A stretch of DNA of 64,000 nucleotides from an uncultured Gemmatimonadales bacterium (lineage in GTDB: Bacteria; Gemmatimonadota; Gemmatimonadetes; Gemmatimonadales; GWC2-71-9). Position numbers and translations under genes: made by a program. A model generated the notes under the pieces. The model was given only the letters and a program-made list of their open reading frames with translations, ran no database searches and was not told where the DNA came from. The stretch spans positions 224,001 to 288,000 of the forward strand of contig CAWCFX010000003.1 of NCBI GenBank assembly GCA_963795085.1, in the 5' to 3' direction. Below, one piece after another: positions 56,261 to 64,000 of this stretch (positions within the stretch are counted from its first letter, which is position 1; the number at the start of each line of letters is the position of its first letter).

Positions 56261-57519
56261 AACCGATTCGTGGCGTAGGCCTGTTCCGCCTCTTCGAAGG
56301 GGTGGGGATGGCGCTGGATTCCCTCGTCGCGAACAAGGTTCGCGCCGCCCTGACCATCCTGGGCGTGGCGATCGGGGTGATGGTGGTCATCGCGATGGCC
56401 TCGGTGATCACCGGCATCAACCGGAGCGTCACCCAGATGCTGGAGGACGCCGGCCCCAAGACCTTCTACGTGTTCAAGTACTGGCAGTCGGGCCTCCACG
56501 TCTCCGACGGCTCGGACGAACTCTCACCCTGGCGGCGCAATCCCTGGATCTCGGTCGCCGAGGCCAACCTGATCCGGGACCTGCCGGGAATCCGCGACGT
56601 CACCGTCCAGGAGGGCACCGGCGGGCCGGTCAGCTACGACGGCACCACCCTCAGCAGCGTGGATATTGCCGGTTTCAGCCCCAGCTGGATCCTGGTCACC
56701 GGCGGGCAGCTGCGGCAGGGGCGCAATTTCACCGAGATGGAGTATGCGTCCCGCGCCCGGGTGGTGGTCATCAACGACAAAGTGGCGGAGACCCTGTTCC
56801 TCAACGTCGATCCGATCGGGAAGCAGATCAAGATCTTCGGCCTGCCCTTCCAGGTCGTCGGCGTCCACGTCGCGGCGGCGACCCTGTTCGGCAACGAGGC
56901 CAGCCCCCGGATGGCGATTCCCCACAGCACCTTCGAGAAGGTGGCGGACTACTGGAAGGGCTGGATGAACCTGGTGGTGACGCCCCACGACGAGGTCACC
57001 GTCGCCGAGGCGCAGGACCAGGTGACCGCGGCGCTCCGCACCAGCCGGGGGCTCAAGCCGTCGGCCGACAACAACTTCACCGTGGTGACCCAGGACAAGT
57101 TCCTGGAGAGCTGGAACTCGATGACGGCGGGGTTCTTCGCGGTCATGTTCGCGCTTTCCAGCGTGGGCCTCATGGTGGGTGGCGTCGGCGTCATCGCCAT
57201 CATGATGATCTCGGTGACCGAGCGGACCCGGGAGATCGGCGTCCGCAAGGCACTGGGGGCCACCCGCCGGGAGATCATGTTCCAGTTCCTGGTGGAGGCC
57301 GTCACCCTGACGCTGGTGGGCTGCCTGGTCGGCATGGCGATCGGGGTCCTCATCGCCTGGACGATCCGGACCCTGATCCCGGTCCTGCCGGCCGCCGTGC
57401 CGCTCTGGTCGGTCGTTGCGGCTCTCATCTCCGCCACCCTGACCGGGGTGCTCTTCGGGCTCTACCCGGCCAACAAGGCGTCGAAGCTGGACCCGGTGGA
57501 GGCGCTGCGGTACGAGTAA
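56257..57519 (+). CDS. MacB/FtsX-family ABC permease B
   Basis: RAALTILGVAIG, VGGVGVIAIMMISVTERTREIG, LDPVEALRYE. Confidence 0.93.
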   Translation: MKPIRGVGLFRLFEGVGMALDSLVANKVRAALTILGVAIGVMVVIAMASVITGINRSVTQMLEDAGPKTFYVFKYWQSGLHVSDGSDELSPWRRNPWISVAEANLIRDLPGIRDVTVQEGTGGPVSYDGTTLSSVDIAGFSPSWILVTGGQLRQGRNFTEMEYASRARVVVINDKVAETLFLNVDPIGKQIKIFGLPFQVVGVHVAAATLFGNEASPRMAIPHSTFEKVADYWKGWMNLVVTPHDEVTVAEAQDQVTAALRTSRGLKPSADNNFTVVTQDKFLESWNSMTAGFFAVMFALSSVGLMVGGVGVIAIMMISVTERTREIGVRKALGATRREIMFQFLVEAVTLTLVGCLVGMAIGVLIAWTIRTLIPVLPAAVPLWSVVAALISATLTGVLFGLYPANKASKLDPVEALRYE

Positions 57520-57521
57520 AC

Positions 57522-57556
57522 GTGAGAGGTGAGCAGTAAGAGGTGAGACGTGAGTG
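57522..57556 (+). repeat. Degenerate heptamer tandem repeat, 5 units
   Basis: GTGAGAG GTGAGCA GTAAGAG GTGAGAC GTGAGTG. Confidence 0.75.
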
Positions 57557-57599
57557 GGGTCGGGGCAGCCGGCAATGGCTGGCGCCGACCCCCCTTTCC
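57556..57599 (+). terminator. GC-rich hairpin, possible terminator between the permease pairs
   Basis: GGGGTCGG...CAGCC-GGCAAT-GGCTG...CCGACCCC, followed by CTTTCC. Confidence 0.45.
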
Positions 57600-57631
57600 A
57601 TTCCGGATTTCTCCCCCGGTTACATTTGGTC

Positions 57632-58876
57632 ATGCCCCTCAGCGAAGCCCTCCTTCTCGCGCTCCAGGCCATCTGGGGCAGCAAGCTGCGCTCGTTTTTC
57701 ACCCTCCTCGGCATCATCGTGTCCGTAGGGTTCCTGGTGGCCGTGGTCGCCATCATCCAGGGCATGAACGCTTACGTCAAGGAGAACATCACCGGCGCGG
57801 TGATCGGCACCAACGCCTTCCAGGTGCGCCGGACGCCGATTGCCTTCGGGCTTCTCGATGACGAGGCGGTCCGGGCCATCAACAAGCGGCCGCTGGTCAG
57901 CCGGCGGGACGCCGAGGTGGTGGCGCGGGCGCTGCCGGATGCCCAGGCCGTCGCGTTCCAGTCCGGCTGGCCCACGCCGACCAATGACATGGTCTATGGC
58001 AACCGCACCGTGGGCGACGTGCTGGTCTTCGGGATCACGCCTCCGTTCCAGATCGTCCGCGATTACCGGTTCGCGGCCGGCGAGCCGCTGGCCGACCCCG
58101 ACATCAACGAGCGACGTTACACCACGGTCATCGGGTTCGACGTCGCCGACAAGCTCTTCGGCGATCCCTACCAGGCGATCGGCAAGCGGGTCCGGTTGGG
58201 CGGGCGGGAACTGGTCGTGAAAGGCGTTATCGCCCGGAAGGGAAAGGTGCTGGGGCAGTCGTTCGACGGGTTCGCGCTGCTGCCCTACTCCACGTTCGAA
58301 GCAATGTATGGCCGCCGCAAGACGACCGTGGTGTCGGTCAAGATGACCGATGCGGACCAGGTGGAAGCCGGGATGGAGCGGGCCGAGGAGGCCATGCGGA
58401 TCGCCCACCGGCTCCGGCCCGGGGAGCCCAATGATTTCACCGTGGACAAGGCCGATTCGCTGGTGGAGTTCTGGCGCAACCTCACCCGGATGCTCTTCAC
58501 GGTGATCCCGGCGGTGGTGTGCATCGGCGTCGTGGTGGGCGGCATCGTCATCATGAACATCATGCTGATGACCGTCACCGAGCGGACCCGGGAGATCGGC
58601 GTCCGCAAGTCGCTGGGCGCCACCCGGGCCGACATCCGGCGCCAGTTTCTCATCGAGGCAGTCACCCTGTCCTTCCTGGGGGGCGTCCTCGGCGTGGCGG
58701 GCGGCTGGATGCTCGCCCTGGGAGTGGCTGCCGCCACGCCCCTGCCCGCCCGGGTCACGCTCTGGTCGGTCAGCCTGGCGCTGGCCCTGGGCGCCGGCAC
58801 CGGAATCCTGTTCGGGGTCTATCCCGCCACCCGGGCGGCCCGGCTGGACCCCATTACCGCGCTCCGGGCCGAATAA
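57632..58876 (+). CDS. MacB/FtsX-family ABC permease A'
   Basis: KLRSFFTLLG, GGIVIMNIMLMTVTERTREIG, LDPITALRAE; ATG 57632. Confidence 0.93.
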   Translation: MPLSEALLLALQAIWGSKLRSFFTLLGIIVSVGFLVAVVAIIQGMNAYVKENITGAVIGTNAFQVRRTPIAFGLLDDEAVRAINKRPLVSRRDAEVVARALPDAQAVAFQSGWPTPTNDMVYGNRTVGDVLVFGITPPFQIVRDYRFAAGEPLADPDINERRYTTVIGFDVADKLFGDPYQAIGKRVRLGGRELVVKGVIARKGKVLGQSFDGFALLPYSTFEAMYGRRKTTVVSVKMTDADQVEAGMERAEEAMRIAHRLRPGEPNDFTVDKADSLVEFWRNLTRMLFTVIPAVVCIGVVVGGIVIMNIMLMTVTERTREIGVRKSLGATRADIRRQFLIEAVTLSFLGGVLGVAGGWMLALGVAAATPLPARVTLWSVSLALALGAGTGILFGVYPATRAARLDPITALRAE

Positions 58877-60111
58877 TGCTCGACCGGGTGAGCGAGGGGT
58901 TCTTCATCGCCCTCGACGCGATGCGCGCCAACAAGGCCCGCTCCGCCCTCACCGTGCTCGGCGTGGTGATCGGCGTCTCCACCGTGATGACCATGGCCTC
59001 CCTCGTCCAGGGCCTCAAGAACCAGATCCTCGGTACCCTCGAGGTGGCCGGCCCCACCACGTTCTACGTGGTCCGCTTCTTCTCGCAGACCCCACTCAAC
59101 CCGGACGACCTGCCCTACGAAGTACGCATCCGCCCGGTGATCAGGGAGGAGGACGCCGAAGCCATTCGCCGAATCCCGGAGATCCGGTATGCCGGCGTGT
59201 GGATTCAGCTCTTTCAGCGGGTCGAGTACCAGGGGATCCGGACCCAGGCGCTCACCGTGTGGGCCGCGGACGACCAGTACATGGAGGTCCAGGGAGGCAC
59301 CCTGCTGGCAGGCCGGTTCTTCAGCCGGGCCGAACTCACCGGCGAACCGGTGGCCGTCCTGGAGGACGCCGTCGCCACCCGGTTGTTCGGACAGGTGAAC
59401 CCGCTGGGTAAGCTGGTGCGGATCGGGGGCAGTGCCCTCAAGGTCATTGGGATCTACCAGAAACCGGAGAATATCTTCGAGCCCCCCGGCCAGGTGACCG
59501 GCGCCATCATCCCCTACCAGATGGCGCGGTACAATTACCGGTACGACGAGACCAACGGGCTGTTCCTCACGGTCAAGGGCCGGCCCCTGGTCCCGGTGGA
59601 CCGGGCCCAGGACCTGGTCACCGTGGCGCTCCGCAAGGCCCGCCGGCTCCGGCCCGGCATCCCCAATACGTTCGACCTGGTGACCCAGGACCAGATTCTC
59701 GATACCATCAACAGCCTGACGGGGGCCTTTTTCGGGGTCATGGTCGCGCTCTCCAGCGTGGCGCTGCTGGTGGGCGGGATCGGCGTGATGGCGATCATGA
59801 TGGTGTCGGTCACTAATCGGACCAGGGAAATCGGGCTCCGCAAGGCGGTAGGGGCCACCCGGCGGGAAATCCTCTGGCAGTTTTTGGTGGAGGCCGCCAC
59901 CCTGACACTCCTGGGCGGGCTCCTGGGCATCGCCGTTGGGCTGGGTGCCGGGCAGATACTCAAGTCGGTCATCGGCCTCCAGTCCGGGGTGCCACTGTGG
60001 AGCGCCGTGGTCGCCTGCCTTGTGAGCGTCGCCATCGGGCTTACGTTTGGCATGTACCCCGCCAACCGGGCCAGCCGAATGGACCCGGTGGAGGCGTTGC
60101 GCCATGAGTGA
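58876..60111 (+). CDS. MacB/FtsX-family ABC permease B'
   Basis: TAATG overlap; RSALTVLGVVIG, VGGIGVMAIMMVSV, MDPVEALRHE. Confidence 0.93.
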   Translation: MLDRVSEGFFIALDAMRANKARSALTVLGVVIGVSTVMTMASLVQGLKNQILGTLEVAGPTTFYVVRFFSQTPLNPDDLPYEVRIRPVIREEDAEAIRRIPEIRYAGVWIQLFQRVEYQGIRTQALTVWAADDQYMEVQGGTLLAGRFFSRAELTGEPVAVLEDAVATRLFGQVNPLGKLVRIGGSALKVIGIYQKPENIFEPPGQVTGAIIPYQMARYNYRYDETNGLFLTVKGRPLVPVDRAQDLVTVALRKARRLRPGIPNTFDLVTQDQILDTINSLTGAFFGVMVALSSVALLVGGIGVMAIMMVSVTNRTREIGLRKAVGATRREILWQFLVEAATLTLLGGLLGIAVGLGAGQILKSVIGLQSGVPLWSAVVACLVSVAIGLTFGMYPANRASRMDPVEALRHE

Positions 60112-60120
60112 GACAGGGGC

Positions 60121-60216
60121 AAGGGGGCAAGGGGGTATGGGGGTATGGGGGTATGGGGATATGGGGGGATGGGGGGATGGGCTGGACCACTGGACCACTT
60201 GACCACTTGACCACTT
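60121..60216 (+). repeat. Octamer-period tandem repeat of 12 units, G-rich then GACCACTT
   Basis: AAGGGGGC AAGGGGGT ATGGGGGT ATGGGGGT ATGGGGAT ATGGGGGG ATGGGGGG ATGGGCTG GACCACTG GACCACTT GACCACTT GACCACTT. Confidence 0.9.
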
Positions 60217-60223
60217 ATGACAA

Positions 60224-60940
60224 ATGCCCGTTGACATTCTGGCCATCGCGGCCCACCGGGACGACGTCGAGCTCACCTGCGCCGGTACCCTGATCAAGGC
60301 GGTGGATGCCGGCTACCGCACCGGAATTCTGGACCTGACCGCCGGAGAGAGTGGCACCCGGGGCAGCGCCGCGCTGCGGGCCGAGGAAGCCGGGCGGGCG
60401 GCGACGATCCTGGGCGCGAGCGAGCGGAGAAACGCCGGCCTGCCGGACGCGCACCTGCAGAACACCGAGGAGACCCGGCGGATGGTGATCGAGCAGATCC
60501 GCCACTTCGCGCCCCGGGTCGTCATCCTGCCGTTCGCGGTGGGCCGGCACCCCGACCACCGGGTCGCGTCGGAACTGGGACGGGACGCCTGTTTTCTCTC
60601 GGGACTCGCGCGCTACCCCGCCGACGGGACGCCGCACCGTCCCCACAAGATTCTCTACGCCCTGTCCTACCGTGAGGACCCGCTCAAGCCCACCTTCGTG
60701 GTGGACATCTCGGCGGAATTCGACCGGAAGCTCGCCGCGATCAAGTGCTACGCCAGCCAGTTCGACGGCGCCAAGGCCGCGGGGGAGATCTTCCCCACCG
60801 GGCAGGACCTCTACGGCCTGGTGGAGACCCAGAACGCGCATTACGGGTCGCTGATCCGGCGGCGCTACGGGGAACCGTTCTACACCCACGAAACGGTGCT
60901 GGTGGAGGATGTCGTGACGCTGGACGTTCAGAGCATGTGA
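60224..60940 (+). CDS. bshB1: PIG-L family deacetylase, BshB1-like (bacillithiol biosynthesis)
   Basis: AAHRDDVEL, DLTAGESGTRG, RHPDH, CYASQF, YGEPF. Confidence 0.8.
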   Translation: MPVDILAIAAHRDDVELTCAGTLIKAVDAGYRTGILDLTAGESGTRGSAALRAEEAGRAATILGASERRNAGLPDAHLQNTEETRRMVIEQIRHFAPRVVILPFAVGRHPDHRVASELGRDACFLSGLARYPADGTPHRPHKILYALSYREDPLKPTFVVDISAEFDRKLAAIKCYASQFDGAKAAGEIFPTGQDLYGLVETQNAHYGSLIRRRYGEPFYTHETVLVEDVVTLDVQSM

Positions 60941-61009
60941 CGCTGCGCTCTGTATCCAGCACGGGGTCCTGAGTCTTACCCCCGCCCCCCCGCCGGGCTA
61001 TTTTCCAGC

Positions 61010-62188
61010 ATGTCCCGAAAGCCGGTTTACCTCGACCACGCCGCCACCACGCCCGTCCGCCCCGAGGTGCTGGAGGCGATGATGCCGTTTCTGACCGACT
61101 CGGCCTTCGGAAACCCCTCCAGCGCCCACCGGTTCGGGCGGGCCGCCCGGGCAGGAATCGAGCAGGCCAAGCGGCAGGTGGCAGCGGCGGTCGGCGCCGA
61201 GCCCAACCAGGTGGTATTTACCTCCGGCGGCACCGAGGCCGATAACCTGGCGATCATCGGGGCTGCGCTGGCGGCCCGCGATGCCGGGAAGCCGATGCTG
61301 GTGGCGGTCTCGGCGACCGAGCACAAGGCGGTGCTGGCGGCGGCGCACGCGGTGAAGCGCATGGGCGGCGAAGAGGAGATCCTGCCGGTGGACCGCCAGG
61401 GTATCCTCGACCCGGCGTCACTGGACCGGGTGCTGGCCCGCTCCCCCGCGGCGGTATCGGTCATGTGGGTGAACAACGAGACCGGGGCCATTCAGCCGAT
61501 CCGGGAGATCGCGGCGCGCTGCCACGACGCCGGGTGTTACTTCCATACCGACGCCGTCCAGGCCTTCGGCAAGATCCCCACCGCGATCCGGGACCTCCCC
61601 TGCACTCTCGTGACCATTTCCGGCCACAAGATCGGCGCTCCCAAGGGCATCGGGGCGCTCATCGTGCGCGACCGCAAGGCGGTCGAGGCGATCATCCACG
61701 GCGGCGGGCAGCAATTCGGGATCCGGCCGGGGACCGAGAACGTGGCGGGTGCAGTCGCCCTGGGCCGGGCCGCCGAGCTCGCCGCGGCGGAACAGGATAG
61801 CCACGCCAGGCGATTGGGGGAGCTCCGGGACGGCCTGGCGCGGCGTTTCCGCGAGCTGGTGAGCGACGTCATCGTGAACTGCGAGGACAGCCCCCGGGCG
61901 CCGCATGTCCTCAGCATCATCGTGCCGGGCGCCGACAGCGAAGCCCTGCTGATGCATTTCGACCTGGCTGGCGTCGCCGTCTCCAGCGGCAGCGCCTGCT
62001 CCACCGGCGCCGTGGAGCCCTCTCATGTCCTGACCGCGATGGGCGTGCCCCGGGAACTCGCGCTGGGCGCCATCCGCTTCAGCCTGGGGCACGAGACCAC
62101 CGAGGCGGACATCGACCGCGCGGTGGAGGTGTTCCCGTCCGTGGTGGAGAAGGTTCGCAAGCTGGCGGGGGTGCTGGGACGTGCCTAG
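61010..62188 (+). CDS. iscS: Cysteine desulfurase (IscS/NifS family)
   Basis: [42 protein letters not shown]. Confidence 0.93.
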   Translation: MSRKPVYLDHAATTPVRPEVLEAMMPFLTDSAFGNPSSAHRFGRAARAGIEQAKRQVAAAVGAEPNQVVFTSGGTEADNLAIIGAALAARDAGKPMLVAVSATEHKAVLAAAHAVKRMGGEEEILPVDRQGILDPASLDRVLARSPAAVSVMWVNNETGAIQPIREIAARCHDAGCYFHTDAVQAFGKIPTAIRDLPCTLVTISGHKIGAPKGIGALIVRDRKAVEAIIHGGGQQFGIRPGTENVAGAVALGRAAELAAAEQDSHARRLGELRDGLARRFRELVSDVIVNCEDSPRAPHVLSIIVPGADSEALLMHFDLAGVAVSSGSACSTGAVEPSHVLTAMGVPRELALGAIRFSLGHETTEADIDRAVEVFPSVVEKVRKLAGVLGRA

Positions 62189-63317
62189 CCAGTCGAGCGC
62201 AGGGGCGGACGCTCCCCGGCGGGTCCTCGTGGCCATGTCGGGCGGGGTGGACAGCTCGGTGGCGGCCGCGATCCTGGTCGAGCAGGGATACGATGTCGTC
62301 GGCGCCACCATGAAGCTCTTCTGCTATGGCGACGAGGTGCCGGACCGGCCCTGCTGCTCGCTCGATTCCATCAACGACGCCCGCGACGTGGCGCACCGCC
62401 TTGGCATTCCGCACTACGTGCTCAACCTGGAGGACCGGTTCAGCCGGTTCGTGATCCAGGATTTTGTCGGCGAGTACCGGCAGGGGCGCACCCCGATTCC
62501 CTGCGTGCGGTGCAATTCGTTCACCAAGTTCCGCGACCTGCTGGCCCATGCCGACGCATTGGGCTGCGACTATATCGCGACCGGGCACTACGCGCGGGCG
62601 GTGGACGGCGCGCTCCGCCGGGGACAGGATCGCAACAAGGACCAGAGCTACTTCCTGTGGGGAGTCGGCCGCGAGGTGGTGGCGCGGATGCTCACGCCGG
62701 TTGGCCATCTGACCAAGGAGGAGACCCGCCGATACGCGCGGGACCTGGGCCTCACCACCGCCGACAAGCCGGAGTCGGTAGAGATCTGTTTCGTTCCCGA
62801 TGGCGATTACGTGGCCGTGCTGGAGCAGCACCTGCCCGCGGACGATCCCGCGCTCACGCCAGGCCCCATCGTCACCACCACGGGCGCGGTGATCGGCCAG
62901 CACCGGGGGTTTGCCCGGTACACCATCGGCCAGCGCCGGGGGTTGCCGGGGGGCGGCACGAAGCCGCAGTACGTGGTCGCGCTCCACCCGGAACGGCGTG
63001 AGGTCGTCGTCGGCAGTCTGGAGGATCTGGCCGGCCATACGGTCCACCTCGACGAGGTGAACTGGCTGGCCGATCCGCTCAGCGCCGGCGATCCGTGCGA
63101 GATCCAGATCCGCTATCGTTCCCGGCCCCTGCCGGCCACCGTCATCAGCGCGGACGGCGCCTCGCTCTCCCTGGCCCTCGGGGTACCGGGGCGCGCCATC
63201 ACGCCGGGCCAGTCGGGTGTCCTCTATCGCGGGGAATCCATGCTGGGCGGCGGGGTGATCGCCAGGGCCGGGGAGCCGGGCCGGACCCGGACCCTGCCGG
63301 TCATGCAGTCGGCCTGA
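62181..63317 (+). CDS. mnmA: tRNA-specific 2-thiouridylase
   Basis: [51 protein letters not shown]. Confidence 0.96.
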   Translation: MPSQSSAGADAPRRVLVAMSGGVDSSVAAAILVEQGYDVVGATMKLFCYGDEVPDRPCCSLDSINDARDVAHRLGIPHYVLNLEDRFSRFVIQDFVGEYRQGRTPIPCVRCNSFTKFRDLLAHADALGCDYIATGHYARAVDGALRRGQDRNKDQSYFLWGVGREVVARMLTPVGHLTKEETRRYARDLGLTTADKPESVEICFVPDGDYVAVLEQHLPADDPALTPGPIVTTTGAVIGQHRGFARYTIGQRRGLPGGGTKPQYVVALHPERREVVVGSLEDLAGHTVHLDEVNWLADPLSAGDPCEIQIRYRSRPLPATVISADGASLSLALGVPGRAITPGQSGVLYRGESMLGGGVIARAGEPGRTRTLPVMQSA

Positions 63318-63340
63318 ACGCTCCTCTCACACCGGTCACC

Positions 63341-64000
63341 ATGGCCTCAAACCCAGGCGCCCTCACGAGCATCGGTCTAGCCTGCCTCCTCCTGGTGCAA
63401 GGGGCGGGCACCCTGTGGGCCCAGGGCCGGCGCGCGATCACGGTAGACCAATTCCTGGCCCTCAAGACTGTAAGCGATCCCCGGCCGTCGCCGGATGGGA
63501 CACTGGTCGCCTACGTGGTCTCGGACGTGTCCCTGCCCGAGAACCGGACCGTTTCGCGCATTCACCTGGTGGAAGTGGCCAGCGGCCGAAGCCGCGAACT
63601 ACCGACGGGCGCCGGGAACGCGCGGGCGCCGCGCTGGTCCGCCGATGGCAAGACCCTGGCCTTCGTGTCCACCGCGGAGGATGGATCCCAGGTCTGGCGC
63701 ATGGCGATCGACAGCGCGAGGCCGGTCCGGGTCACCCGGGATTCCGGCGGGATCGGGGAGCTGGTGGCCGCTCCGGACGGCCGGTCGTTCTATTTCACGA
63801 GGGACGTGACATGGCCGGCGGTCCAGGAGCTGGACCGGCGGCATGGCGCATTCCCCACCAGCGCCCGGATCTGGACCGATCTTTTCTACCGCCACTGGAA
63901 TGAGTGGCGGGTGGGGACCCGGCAGCACCTGTTCCGGGTCACGCTCGCCGACGGGAAGGTCACCGACCTCACCCCGATCGACCGCGACGTCCCGACCCTG
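63341..64000 (+). CDS. Secreted S9-family peptidase N-terminal beta-propeller, 3'-truncated by the window edge
   Basis: Not in the ORF track because it has no stop in the window. Signal peptide; SDPRPSPDG-x2-VAYVV and PRWSADGK-x-LAFVS (PD40-like); YRHWNEW...RQHLF. Confidence 0.75.
   Translation, partial: MASNPGALTSIGLACLLLVQGAGTLWAQGRRAITVDQFLALKTVSDPRPSPDGTLVAYVVSDVSLPENRTVSRIHLVEVASGRSRELPTGAGNARAPRWSADGKTLAFVSTAEDGSQVWRMAIDSARPVRVTRDSGGIGELVAAPDGRSFYFTRDVTWPAVQELDRRHGAFPTSARIWTDLFYRHWNEWRVGTRQHLFRVTLADGKVTDLTPIDRDVPTL

Noticed and set aside
51569..56499. Long minus-strand ORFs (871 aa, 754 aa) and similar antisense ORFs at 3648-5399, 14516-16477, 28333-29988 and 43128-45506
   Set aside because: Stop-poor shadow frames typical of high-GC genes; no recognisable motifs; they overlap well-supported genes.
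60114..60216. Repeat considered as a CRISPR array or as a coding Gly-rich ORF (60108-60293)
   Set aside because: No unique spacers or cas genes; an 8-nt period is not codon-compatible.

Overview
High-GC bacterial chromosomal segment of about 60 tightly packed genes. Gene content and protein style suggest Gemmatimonadota, but that is an inference only. Most of it is housekeeping and envelope biology: smc, aroF, lolA, a rpmE-prfA-prmC-ylbF-tmk-ctp-tauE operon, a yajQ/spoIID/Lnb-like operon, a short sigma-70, an NtrC/NtrX-type regulator and an NtrY-like kinase, larE-thpR, arfB, ABC-F, comM, a TolC/MacAB-type exporter with four permeases, bshB1, iscS and mnmA. I saw no rRNA, tRNA, CRISPR array or mobile element. 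The best candidate for an undescribed system is 13821-20573: CRP-family regulator, two tandem CRP-like boxes, MBL phosphodiesterase-like enzyme, secreted CsgG/FlgO-TPR protein, MlaE, an apparently catalytically dead MlaF-like ATPase, MlaD and a GAF/HD-GYP phosphodiesterase, with the last four genes translationally coupled. A perfect CRP box also lies upstream of the sigma-factor gene. Other items of note: a VIT-vWA/ECF/anti-sigma operon, an A-B-A'-B' permease duplication, recurrent leaderless-type TANNNT elements, a drifting 8-nt-period repeat, and two +1 frameshifts that may be assembly errors. All family calls come from motif recognition by eye, not database searches.
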